Shown here: positions 11,807 through 23,507 of the stretch, one piece after another | Position numbering within the stretch: position 1 is the first letter of the stretch | Layout of the letters: the number at the start of each line of letters is the position of its first letter | Source: Lophium mytilinum | Taxonomy: Eukaryota | Length of the DNA: 64,000 nt | Reading direction: 5' to 3' | NCBI GenBank assembly: GCA_010093605.1 | Contig: MU004191.1 | Span: forward strand, 480,816 to 544,815 | Made by a program: the position numbers and the translations under genes | Notes under the pieces: model-generated | What the model saw: only the letters and a program-made list of their open reading frames with translations | Told to the model about the DNA's origin: nothing | Database searches by the model: none

Positions 11807-14800
11807 ATGTCGACAATGACGCCGCGGCGATCGTATTCTACGCGCGCTATGCGCAAGGACGAGCAATTCACTCGAAGCTTGCAGTCCCCTCTGCGACTGG
11901 AATCAAGTGCGCGCAAATACTTCGAACCCCTCCAAAGCATGGCAGACCGCGTCGGAAAAGACGTCGAGATCTTTGCCGAGAAGCTGGATAGATGGTATAC
12001 CGATAGCCGCGACCTTCCTCCTCTCGAGAAATACAACGAGACTCTAGACCTGCTTTCGAAGTTCCAGAAGCATGCCGACAAGAACGTGGAAGAGTTGAAG
12101 AAGAGAGAAGCTGCCGCAAATCGCGGAGACCTCGCTAAAGACGTTCGGAGACGGATACATAGCATGGCCAACCCCCCCCGAGGCAGTCTGGGTCCTGGAG
12201 TTGACGATGGATCGGTGAAATCCATGTCCACAAATTTGGGCACTTCGCCCAAGCTACACGAGTTGCGCCATTGGCAGAATGAGGCCGCTTCCTGGAACCT
12301 TCTTCGAATTATGATCGACTTGTACCACCCGAAGCCTGGATATGACGCCCTAGCAGACAAGCAACAACGTCTGTCTGCAGTAGAGGCCGAGTATGGTGAC
12401 CGCCCTGATCTGGAAATCTGGAAGCGGTTCCTGGTGGAAGACCCGGCGGCTATGGAGAAATCCAAAATACTACAATGGCTAGAAGAGTCGGCCGACAGTA
12501 ACGAGAGCGACATCGACTCGATAAAGGAGCAATTAGGGGCCGAATCGGGGAAAGACATCAGCAATTGGACGAATGGATGGCTAGACACGAAGTCTAAGAT
12601 CAAGGCTGAGAAGCGTCGACGTCTAATTGGTCATCCCTTGCATCCGGATGAAGTCTCAATTAAGTCTGCTGACGGGACTCAAATTCTAGTCACCCATCTC
12701 GACCCTGACGCGCCGTCTAGGCAAGGTCGAGCTCTAGTGAAGTCAGACGATTACTATGAGAGGGCTATGTGGATGACTTGCTACGAAATGCTCCGACGCG
12801 GGAAGCCCTGGGAAGAGATTTGCGAATGGTGTCAAGACCACAACGAGTCTTGGCGAGGTGTTAGCATGGGTTTGACAAACAGCAGCTCAGGAGACGCTCC
12901 GACTTGCCTGACCGGACCCTACCTTGGGAGCCTTTGGCGTCGGACATGCTACGCGCTCGCCCAAGGAAGCGACATTCGCTACGAGCGTGCTGTATATGGC
13001 CTGCTCAGTGGCGATCTCAAATCTGTTGAAGAGGTTTGCCGGACCTGGGACGACCATGTCTACGCTCGTTACAACGCATTGCTTCTCTCGCGATTTGACG
13101 CCTACCTTCAGGCCAATCATCCCGACAAGCTGCCCCCGAACTTGATTCGCAAATTTGCCACGTTCGACGCCGTGTCTTTCCATGGAAACTGGTCGACGTC
13201 TAATCGTCGAGTGGTCGATCTACTATTGACGCAAAAGAGCACTAAATCGCATGCGATGACGCCCACTAAGCTCATTCAAGGCAGCCTGATTGCCAATAAC
13301 TTCATCCGTTTCGCCCACAGAGTCGCCGCTGCGTTGGTAGCGAAGGACAACGCAAAGGAGCTCGAAATGCGTCCTGAGTACAAACTCCCTGTTTTTGAGG
13401 ATCCACATGAGGACTACTATCCAGTAATTCAAGACACTGATAACTTACGTATCGTTGTTCACATGCTTCTGATATTCAAAGCTCTTGGAGTAGACATTGG
13501 GGATGATTCATTCGAGGAGTTGATGGACAACACTATCATCAGATACATTGTCCTCCTCAAGGAATCCCGACGCTTCAAGGTCATTCCCACCTACGCAGCT
13601 CAGCTAGCGCAGGACCGACAAGTTCGCGTCCTCTCCTCCATCTTACCCTCCATCACCAAGCTTCACGAGCAGGAGGATATGTGTAAGCTCATGGAGGCTA
13701 TTGGCATAGACACCATGGACGTTGTAGCGACATCTTATATCTATACTAGTGGGGAGAGCAAGCTCATGGACGAGACGAAATATATCAGACGATACAACAT
13801 GCTGGAAACACCAACATCCGAGGAGTATCTCTGGCCTGGTGTTCGGACCAAGCAGGACTTCCTCGACTACAGCATATCACCTCTCGAGATGGATGTTATC
13901 GAAAGTCTTGAGTGGTTCCTTCACGTGAGGTTAGAAATGACACCGACTCTCCTATCCCTGAGCGACGCTATGAAGATGTTCCTCCGTAAGTTGCCCTCAA
14001 CCATTCCCTTCAACACCACAAACCTAATCATACCCCAGTCAATGGCCGCCTCGGCGCAGCCCTCGAACTCTGCCGACGCCTCCCCGCCGAACGCGTGTCC
14101 CAGATGAAGACCAAACCCTACTTCGGCTCCGCGCTCGACTTCACCAACCTCAAAGGCAAGGCCGAGCAAGCCGCCACGGAGCGCATCGCATTCCCTGCCG
14201 GCGTTGCCCATCCGGACAACCCAGATCTCACCTTCGGCGGCTTCGTCCGCTTCCAGTGCGACCGCTGGGCCGAAGACGCGAGAACCTACATCGACCTCTG
14301 CACGCTCGTCACGGCCATCAAGGCGCTCAGCGAGTGGCGCGAGCAGGAGGACGTCTTCATCCGCGCGAAAGAAGAGAACAAGAAGGTATCGACGAAGAGC
14401 ATCAAGGAGCAGATCGAGGGCATCGCGCTTGCCGTCGAGCCGCTGCTGCAAGGGTCTCTGACCGCGAGTTCAGATGGTAAGTGCCCCTTTTCCCCGTCTA
14501 CCTCTTTCATCAATCAAACCGCTAACCATACCCGCAGATGAGGAAGCCTCCCAGCTCGAGCTCATCCGCCACATCTACCTCCCCGACGTCATCCTCGCCT
14601 ACCTCAGCACCCTCCTCGCTGGCGCGCACTTCGTCTCGCGCGAGTGGGCGACCAAGGCGATGGACCTGGCGACGGCGATCGCGGACGACGCGAATGAGGA
14701 GCTGGCGGACGCGTTTGTGCAGACGGGCCGGATGGAGGAGCTGGTGGCGGCGTTTGCGGCGACGAGCAAGGAGATGGTGCGGCTGGGCGAGCGGACGCCG

Positions 14801-14875
14801 AAGGGTGGCGCGAGCAAGAAGCGTGGGTGGTTGGGGGAGAGCAGCCGGATTTGGGATTTGAATGTGCGAAATTAG
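11807..14875 (+). CDS. NUP84: Nuclear pore protein Nup84/Nup107, 3 exons
   Basis: LVTHLDPDAP, YEMLRRG, WRGVS, YERAVYGLLSGD, TWDD, IRHIYLPDVIL motifs; introns about 13986-14038 and 14477-14538. Confidence 0.9.
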
Positions 14876-15082
14876 GGGGGTAAGGAGGGTGTTTGATCTG
14901 ATGGTGGGTGGGCAGATTGGTTAGCAGAGCAAGTGGAATTGTGAGAGCGGTAGTAGACTTGACAGCTAAACCTTTGGAATTTGCTTGACTCATTCCTCTG
15001 AAGTAGGGCCCACGTACTGCAGAGACTTACCCTGAATGAGTTCAAAACTGTGGAGTAAAGACAACCATGACCTAATCGCCGG

Positions 15083-15296
15083 AGTAGTAGACAGGCGCAC
15101 CTATCTACAAGACAGCATAGTAGCTGGGTGGCAATAGGACTTAGCACTCTCCAAATCCGTAAGGTATATAACTCCTATTTTTATACTTATGTACCGTTAT
15201 TCAGCATCGTTTGAATTTCTCCAGTATACTATTACAATTCCCAAAATACTAGTTTTGGCAAGCCTGATAGCTCTCTAGGCCACCTCAGACGGTGTT
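15083..15296 (+). repeat. Dispersed repeat copy A (transposon relic), homologous to 45156-45375
   Basis: Colinear shared blocks with copy B: gcgcaccta, tggcaatag, aggtata, agcatcgtttga, ctccagtat, gcaagcct, tctaggccacc, gtgtt. Confidence 0.8.
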
Positions 15297-15343
15297 GAAC
15301 TGCTTGAGTGTGCCACTTTCTCCTGCCTAGCGATACCCGCTGC

Positions 15344-16630
15344 TTAATTGCAAGACCTCATGTCCTGCAGCCGCACCTGCGAATACGCCTTGCGCGCGCT
15401 ACACAGCGGCGTCCCCCACTCGGGCAACTCGTCACCTGAATCAGACTGGAGTTCCCAGTCCTCTCCAACACCTTCGGACAGCGCGCCCGTCAGCAATATT
15501 ATCATGCGAAAGCCAAAATCGTTGTATGCCGGGCAGCGGAAGGGCGAGTCGCCAAATGCTAGGAGACGCTTAGCCGGATCATCGATTGTCGTCCATCGGT
15601 CTGGATTGAAGGTTTTTGCGTCGGCGCCCCATTCGGTTTCATTGCGTTGGCAGGCTTCGATGTCTGCAGCGACGACTTCTGGAAGGCCGGTGTTGAGGTT
15701 TGATTCGTAGCGATATACGCGGCGTGTGGGTGGGTATAGGCGGAGTGCTTCTCTAGCTATGTTGTCCGCAGACACTTTGGCAAGGGCAATGGATTCGTCT
15801 TTATTGGTGCTGAGGCTTTCGTGGATGGCCTGTCTCCAGATTGTGCGATTTGCTCGTGGCCCGCGGTAGGCGATTTCGATGAAGCAGCGGAGTACGACTC
15901 GCCAGAGGGTTTCGTACGCTGGGAGTATGAAGTTCATGGGATTCTCCGCTGCATCTAGAGGATTTCTCGAAGAGATCAAAGTTCTAAGGAGCATGTGGGT
16001 CCTTGTCTGGGTCCGCCATATGGGGATCGAGCCGCACTTTGAGGCCAGCCATATGTCGTTTATGTCGCTTGCAAGCTCTTCCGCGACGCCAATGGGTATT
16101 TGAACTGGATCGAGATCGAAGAGAACCCCAAGCGTGATTCGTAACGTCAATGATTGTACAAGAGGAACTAGCAAAATGCTTTTGTCGATGAGTGCGTCCC
16201 TGATCATGATCCGGAGTCCGAAGTGGAGTTTCTCCCAGCCGGAGTTCAACGATGGCCGATGCAAGATGCTGATAGATTGATCTTTGAACGACTTCCTCTT
16301 TTCGATGCTGGTAGTCGTAAAAGCGTTGTCGATGCCGAAAGCAACTGTGAGCCTCTGGTTGGGTACAGCCCGAGACGTCAAGGCAATGCGTAAGTCCTTG
16401 TGCTCATCATTTGTTGTCTTCGCTTGAAGAACACGTCGACAATTGACTTCATCGGTGAACGTTTTTGAGACACCGGGGCAATCAGAGAGTTCGTAGTGAC
16501 CAGAACGAACATAAACGAGCGTTACGATGACAAAGACCACTGCAGCCGCAATATTTCCTGTCTTCGAGTCCGCGATGCCGACTAGGGTCGGGAAAAGGTC
16601 TAACATCATCTCGAAGCGTGCTTGAATCAA
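15344..16630 (-). CDS. Atypical cytochrome P450, intronless
   Basis: N-terminal TM anchor, I-helix-like PAYET, ExxR (EALR), PERF-like PDRW, heme loop FGDSPFRCPA. Listed start is TTG; true ATG is probably about 7 codons further in (MMLDLF). Confidence 0.8.
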   Translation of the reverse strand: MIQARFEMMLDLFPTLVGIADSKTGNIAAAVVFVIVTLVYVRSGHYELSDCPGVSKTFTDEVNCRRVLQAKTTNDEHKDLRIALTSRAVPNQRLTVAFGIDNAFTTTSIEKRKSFKDQSISILHRPSLNSGWEKLHFGLRIMIRDALIDKSILLVPLVQSLTLRITLGVLFDLDPVQIPIGVAEELASDINDIWLASKCGSIPIWRTQTRTHMLLRTLISSRNPLDAAENPMNFILPAYETLWRVVLRCFIEIAYRGPRANRTIWRQAIHESLSTNKDESIALAKVSADNIAREALRLYPPTRRVYRYESNLNTGLPEVVAADIEACQRNETEWGADAKTFNPDRWTTIDDPAKRLLAFGDSPFRCPAYNDFGFRMIILLTGALSEGVGEDWELQSDSGDELPEWGTPLCSARKAYSQVRLQDMRSCN

Positions 16631-17040
16631 GTGGACTAATGAAAAGAGGTTTCTGTAGGCTGCAATAGAAAACTTTGCAGGTGATTTGCTGAATTTTTGG
16701 ATGAGAAACAGCTTCTAGAGAAGGTTCTTATAAAGCGTTAGAAGGATGGGAGTTAGTACGATAATACTCGAATGACCCAGAATTGCTACATGCATTGGGT
16801 TTGAAACGCAACCGGACTGCAAGCAAGAGAAAGAAGCGGTGCATGGTATCGTATGGAAGAGACTAGGAGCATCAAAGTCCTTTGTCGATTGACCTGACTG
16901 GTCCAACCCAATGTGGTCCACATTGCGCATGCACGAACCCGTGGGCAAGGCGCACTGAAAAGTGGAAATAGATATTCCCCCGGCTAAGTGGCACGCTGGA
17001 CATGAAAAAGGTGGCGCACTTCAACAGCATCCTACCTTTT

Positions 17041-17158
17041 ATGCACCTGTCTGCCGCTGTTTGTAGTGCTTCAACGCACTTTTGAAAGTAGGAATGGGAT
17101 AGCTTTGGGTTATTTAGAAATTAGTTGAAGCACTACCAGCAGTGGTAGACAGGTGTAT
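17041..17158. mobile_element. MITE-like element with 35-bp imperfect terminal inverted repeats
   Basis: 17041-17075 atgcacctgtctgccgctgtttgtagtgcttcaac vs reverse complement of 17124-17158 atacacctgtctaccactgctggtagtgcttcaac (30/35 match); 48-bp AT-rich core; TA at both outer edges. Confidence 0.7.
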
Positions 17159-18033
17159 ACATGACCGGACGAAACATAATACTTGCTGTATGTACCACCC
17201 CTGTGATGCCCAGCGTGAGTGGGTGGGGAGACGCGAACAGCTTCGATTCATCTTGTAGATTCAGGGTCTTGAAACACAGGACCACGGGTAGCTACCGTAT
17301 CATGGCGGAAATACTCCGTACTTCGGGGGTAGAGTCCCATGAAATATTCAGCCCATTGAGGTTTACCTACGCTTATTCGAGGTAAGGAGAAGAAGCATAT
17401 AGAGAGTTTGACGAGGTACACTGAACGCTTGAGCTTCCAGGAATAGCACTCTTTCGGAGTCCTTAAGTAGTGTATGATGATTTTGATACTCGACGTGGTA
17501 GGCAATGGAAGCCAAGTAATCGGCGGCCACGTCGTATCTGTCTGCATATTCATGCTGCAGATACCCGTAGGTAGCGCCTCGCGGCGTGGGTCTAGGGTAT
17601 ACTGTGTCTCCGAAGTTATGCTTGGGCATCAATTCTCAAGGAACCTAGTGACTCAGAGAAGTCCAATCTCAGCACTCTCGACTCTGGATCTGCACAAGGC
17701 GTATCGATGATTGAGATTAGAGCTCTTCTTGCTGAAGACACGGAGGCTACATAACCTTTTTAGTTCGGTCTGCGTCAACGAGGGTATTGCAACTCACTGA
17801 AAGACGCTAGGGCGGCGAACTTGTGATGGATCATTTATGTTCATTTTTGTGACAATTCTTGCACCCGATATGATCTGTGAACGATCTGTGTTGACCCATA
17901 CTTCACACGGAGCATGACTTCACTGGTGGCACGGGTCATTTCTTGTGCTCAGCCATGGAATGGTGTCTCCATTCCCCATGTCACTTTGAGCAACAAACCT
18001 AAACTACAACTCAAAAGAAAATTTATGTTACAA

Positions 18034-18718
18034 CTATGCGTGCCATACCCTCTTGATAGCCTCGGTGATTCCTACGTCGTTTGTTTCGAAGCTATACATG
18101 CCAATACCCAAAAGCACGGTGCCGGCCCGGAGCAGCCAGAAAGAGCCCTTTCGGATGAGTGGAACTCGCTTCTCTGGGAAGTAGTCTATAATATTGGCCC
18201 TGTTTTATCATGAGCTGCGTGTAATTATCTGAAAGGTGGTGGGGTCACTGACGTGAAACCGATGTGCGAGTGGACGATGATGAGAGCGCATAGTGATGCA
18301 TCCATGAGGGGGTTGAGAGAGCCGGCCGCGAATGGCGCAATGGAAAGAGGAATCAGGCCAGCAGAGATGAGTCTATGATATAAGTTAGAAGTGTAACAAT
18401 ACAGCAGATAGAGATGTCGTGCCTCTCAAAGGTCCAGTGGTAGTTGCCATGTGACGCGCTAGGTTCGGGAACTGGCGCTGGCTTGTTGACGTCGCCGTCC
18501 ACTACCTGAGGAAGTGGAGGGAGAATAGGCCGGCGGCCAGAGGCGTGGAAGGCGGCGACTCTGGAAGCTCCTGGTGTCGCGAACGCAGATTGCATGGGCC
18601 GTCGGGTCAAAGGCGAGGGGTGCTTGAGGGACGAGCCGGCAAAGGTAGAGGCCATGCGCCGCGATGGAGCAGCATTGCAGACTTGCCGGAGCAGCGCAGG
18701 ACGGGCAATTGAAGCCAT
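18034..18718 (-). CDS. SDH4: Succinate dehydrogenase cytochrome b small subunit (CybS), 3 exons
   Basis: Mitochondrial presequence MASIARPALLRQ; spliced HGNYHWTFERLISAGLIPL...HSHIGF...IIDY...FETNDVGITEAIKRVWHA*; first intron 18422-18373 is GC-AG. Confidence 0.93.
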
Positions 18719-19207
18719 GGCGACTTTGTGGGGAGTGGTAGAGGGGAGAGTGGCCGGTGGATGGAGGAGACAAAGTGGTGGAGGAGCACTCTTGAAATGG
18801 ATGACATGCGGCCGAGGAAGAATCCGGAACAGCACATTGGCTGGTGGCATGGCTTTCGGGCCTCGTAAAACAGCCTAGACTAGACTGCTCTGACAGCATA
18901 AGATATACTATTAACGAGTCTTTCAAATAGTCATATTCGATGTAAACACGCCCTAGTAAGCTAATAAGAGAGCTGGACTGTCCACCTCATGCATATGAAA
19001 TCATACAATGCTTTCTTGGTGCTTTTTAGGTCATAAATCAGCCGCGATATAGTTGAGCTTGGAACTGTGCCAAGATGTGGCATTTTACCAGGGCCCACCA
19101 GCGTGATTTGCGTGCATGGGCGACCTCACCTGCACGATTCTGCAATCCACCCCCATCACTCCCGCCATCCTCGCCACGATACCCATCCCCCTCTCCTCTC
19201 CGTCGCC

Positions 19208-20855
19208 ATGGCTTCCAGGAGGCTCGCTTTCAACCTGCAACAGAGCCTGCGCAACCGCCAGGCTCTGCGGTCCATCCAACCGTTGACCAGAGGTCTGGCA
19301 ACGCCGGTCACCTATGGCTCCAAGACCGAGTCGACGACCTTGAGCAACGGCTTCACGGTATGGTATCTACTGTATTGCTAGAGAGGCCATGGACTGACCC
19401 ATCTCGTAGGTTGCTACCGAGCACTCCCCCTGGGCCCAGACTTCGACGGTTGGTGTATGGATTGATGCCGGAAGCCGCGCGGAGACAGACAAGACCAATG
19501 GCACTGCTCACTTCTTGGAACATCTTGCCTTCAAGGTATAATTTCTCTAAAAAAGCTTTAGGGAGCTCGTACTAATGCAATTGGCGCATAGGGTACCCAG
19601 AAGCGCACCCAGCAGCAACTGGAGCTCGAGATCGAAAATATGGGTGGCCATCTTAACGCCTACACATCGGTTCGTACAGGACGATGTCCATCATCATACA
19701 AGGTCTAATAGCTTTCTAGCGCGAGAACACCGTATATTACGCCAAGTCCTTCAACTCCGACGTCCCGGCCACAGTCGACATCCTTTCCGATATCCTTCAA
19801 CACTCCAAGCTCGAGCCACAAGCCATTGAACGCGAGCGCGATGTGATTCTCCGAGAGCAAGAAGAGGTGGACAAGCAGCTAGAGGAAGTTGTCTTCGACC
19901 ACCTTCACGCTACCGCATATCAGGGCCAGCCGCTGGGCCGAACAATTTTGGGACCCAAGGAGAACATCCAGAGCATCCAGAGGGCCGATTTGGAGGGTTA
20001 CATCAAGACCAACTACACCGCTGACCGCATGGTTCTCGTTGGCTCCGGCGGCGTTCCCCACGCTCAACTCGTTGAGCTTGCCGAGAAGCACTTCGCTGGA
20101 CTACCATCAGAACCAACAGGGCAATCCTCCGTCATTGCCGCCGCACAGAAGGCCAAGCCGTCGTTCATCGGCTCCGAAGTGAGGATCAGGGACGATACTA
20201 TGCCGACCGCGAACATTGCCATTGCTGTCGAGGGTGTGAGCTGGAAGGACGACGACTACTTCACTGCATTGGTGACCCAAGCAATTGTCGGCAACTGGGA
20301 TCGTGCTATGGGCAGCTCACCATACCTTGGAAGCAAGCTCAGCACGTTTGTGCACGCCAACGGCCTCGCTAACAGCTTCATGAGCTTTTCCACAAGCTAC
20401 AGCGACACTGGGTAAGTCTATATTTGCTCTGGGTCTATCGAATGCCGCTAATATGATTATTTAGTCTCTGGGGAATCTACCTCGTGACCGACAATGTCAC
20501 CCGCATTGACGATCTCGTCCACTTTACCCTCCGCGAATGGTCCCGCCTCTCCGTCAGCGTCTCCGAAGCGGAGGTCGAGCGCGCCAAGGCCCAGCTCAAG
20601 GCATCGATACTCCTCTCCCTCGATGGCACCACGGCCGTCGCTGAAGACATAGGCCGCCAGATCATCACCACCGGCCGCCGCCTGAGCCCCGAGGAGGTCG
20701 AGCGCGTAGTCGGCGCCATCACAGCAAAGGACGTCATCGACTTTGCGAACCGGAAGCTGTGGGACCGCGACATTGCCATCAGCGCCGTTGGCCAGATCGA
20801 GGGCCTGCTAGATTACAACCGCGTGCGAAACGACATGAGCCGGTTGGCGTCGTAA
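19208..20855 (+). CDS. MAS1: Mitochondrial processing peptidase beta subunit, multi-exon
   Basis: Presequence [24 protein letters not shown] (HxxEH), [32 protein letters not shown] motifs. Confidence 0.95.
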
Positions 20856-21448
20856 ATGGGCTGTAAAATGGTTGGTTGCTTGGGTTGTAAGTGTGCTAGA
20901 GGGGCCTCTGCGCGGATGTATTAGTGTACACTTAGCCGAAGAAATTTCATTGATGTACAGTGTCAACCCATCCTAGGAATGGTTTACTTTTGCATTGAAC
21001 TGTGATAGGTTCAGCACCCTAGCTATGGAACTTTTCATTAGATGGATTCATTTCTATATGCTTGATAGGTGCATATATTGCGAGCTATGTTCGGACAGCT
21101 CCCGTTGATTACCGCCTGATTCTCCACTCGGCCTGAGTCCGCCGCCGCATTCTTAACATCCAAGCCTGGGGGGTGCTGCATTTATGTCCTTGCCCCTGGG
21201 TGAGGGACTCTCCGACGTCAATTCTTGTACACCTATAGCAGACCCCTGATTAATCCATATCATAAGTCTACCCAATTAACAGCAGCTTGCGGTCTGTACA
21301 TTCAGCCCCAACGGACGAGCAGAGGTAGAAACGTGCGACTTCTATCCTCTATTAGGGGCACACTCTACCACTTCCACCCTCTAATCCGCGAGCCGACTGA
21401 ATCCGCAGCTCAAGCGCAACCACTCAAGCGTCTGGCGCTTTCTCTCTC

Positions 21449-22437
21449 TCAAGCGTCATCGTCGCTATTCGCATACGTGTCGTCCAGCTCGTCCTCTGGC
21501 TGCATAATCAGCTCGATAAGCCGCAGCGTCGAGCGCAGCGGCAGCCCGATAACGTTGTCATGCGAGCCCTCGATGCGCTCAACGAGCACCGAGCCCGTGC
21601 CCTGCAGGCCGTAGCCGCCGGCTTTGTCGGCGCCTTCGCGCGTCTTGACGTAGGCGAGGATGAGCTCGTCGGAGACTGCGGAGTATTAGCTCAGGATATC
21701 AGGATAGAGAGGGGGTTACGAGGGGCAAAGGGGAATATATTTACCAGCAGCATCAAACTTCACCACCGTCTCCTCGACGTGCGTGCGACACACATACCCC
21801 GGATCGATCGCGTTCTCCAGCGGCCGCATCGCCGTGACGGCCGTATAGACGCGGTGAGGCCCTTCGTCGCGCAGCGTCGTCAGCATCCGCACGTGCTCGA
21901 CCTCGCTGCGCGGCTTCTCCATGATGACGCCCGCGTGGCTGACGACGATGGTGTCGGCGGCGAGGATGATGCCGGGTTCGCCTTTCGGCGAGTCGATCTC
22001 GCGTCGGTACACTTCCATGGCTTTGGCTTCGGCGGTTTGTTGCACGTATTCGAAGGGCGAGAGGGAGGATTTGGAGAGGTTTTCGGCGAATTGGGAGGGG
22101 ATGCATTCGGCGTCTTTGAAGCCGAGCTAAGGGGAGTTGTGTGAGCTTGTGGGGAGTTTGGAGGGGGAGGGGAGGTGGTGGTTACCAGAGCTATGAGGAT
22201 CTTCCGTCGTGGGGAGGTGGAGGCGAGGATTACTCGGCGCCCTCGGAGCTGGTTCAAGGCGTCAAGGTTTAGAGGAGGCGGAGGGGGTCGTCCTTGGATT
22301 AGGCTTGGACTTCGGGCGTGTGGGCGGGGAGAGGGAGTCGGCAGCGTGCTATTTGGTTTCGGCCGCGAAACATCGTCGTAGGATGGCGGGGGTTCGGATG
22401 GAGTAGTTGGGTGGTCCTGTAGGTCAATGAGAGACAT
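21449..22437 (-). CDS. Maf-like nucleoside triphosphate pyrophosphatase, 3 exons
   Basis: ILASTSPRR, AADTIV, MEKP and, in the last exon, DKAGGYGLQG...GSHDNVIGLP Maf motifs. Confidence 0.9.
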
Positions 22438-23507
22438 TGTGAAGTCAATGGGGAGAAATTGACAAGAGGAATGGTTCCGGTGTTGGCTGGAATGTGTATG
22501 AATTAATTGAGGGAGTGATGAAGCACTGATGTAGCGAGCGGAAGTCAACGTGGATGGCGTTGATGCCAAGCTTGAAGCAACGCAATCGGGGTCGCCTTAT
22601 ATACGCCACCATGATTCTTCCTCCAACGTCCCCTCGCTCACGGCTATTGGAGCTCACCGTTCCGAGACATCAGACAAGCCTCGATATGCTTACCAAACCG
22701 CATGAAACGCGCTTGACCAGCCCGTTCCTGGCCGCGGATGCTCACAGTCAAGTTTTTCTATCCGGGTTCTTGCCACACAGGTTCGGATCAGCCTCCCACT
22801 CGCACAAGCGCCATCTGATACGAGTTCGCGTACTATTTTTGTCTCTATCAGACTTCCCGAAGTGGCAATGCCCTATGCTACATGTATTGGTTCCAAGCAG
22901 TCCGTCAAGCTCGTGTCTCGTGTGCTCAGCTACTTTCTTCGATAACTTAGAGCCCTGCATTTAATTGGTTCTGCTCTCTGCTAATCTCTCCTCTTTCTGT
23001 CGATGCTCCGGATGCTACCATTTCATCGCTGAGTTTATTTTTAAAGTGCTATCGAGGAATGGAGGTGATGGACTACCTTTCAGTCCGGCTCGTCGTTCTC
23101 ATGCCATGCCCCGGCTGTTACAATGCATGAAGTATAATCGGTTACTATGTAGCACAGACACATGTTTACTATCTCAAGAAACAAATCGCTGTATTACTGG
23201 TATCCTAGTCTATTCTGCGACTGCAGTATGTCCTCCGCTCCCTTGGCTCTCACACACTCTTCTCTGCTTCCTCGAAACCTCTGGGACTTCTTCCTCTTAC
23301 CTTCCAAATACTAAATTTGGAACTCTACTTGCCGCCTCAGAAGAAGAATAGATCCAAGGAGTTACCCTCACTACCTTTTACCCGATTTCAGTGGCCTACC
23401 CTTGCAACTGATTGGACAAAGTACCCGTAACCCTGGCGCATTCATACGCAAGCCCTCCCATCGCTCTCGCGAAGCAGGACTTTAACGTCGGTGGGACAAT
23501 TCGGATT

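Noticed and set aside
15344..16630. P450 as a BioI-like pimelate supplier for the biotin cluster
   Set aside because: 10 kb away behind unrelated genes, and fungal pimeloyl-CoA is attributed to peroxisomal beta-oxidation; no sequence support
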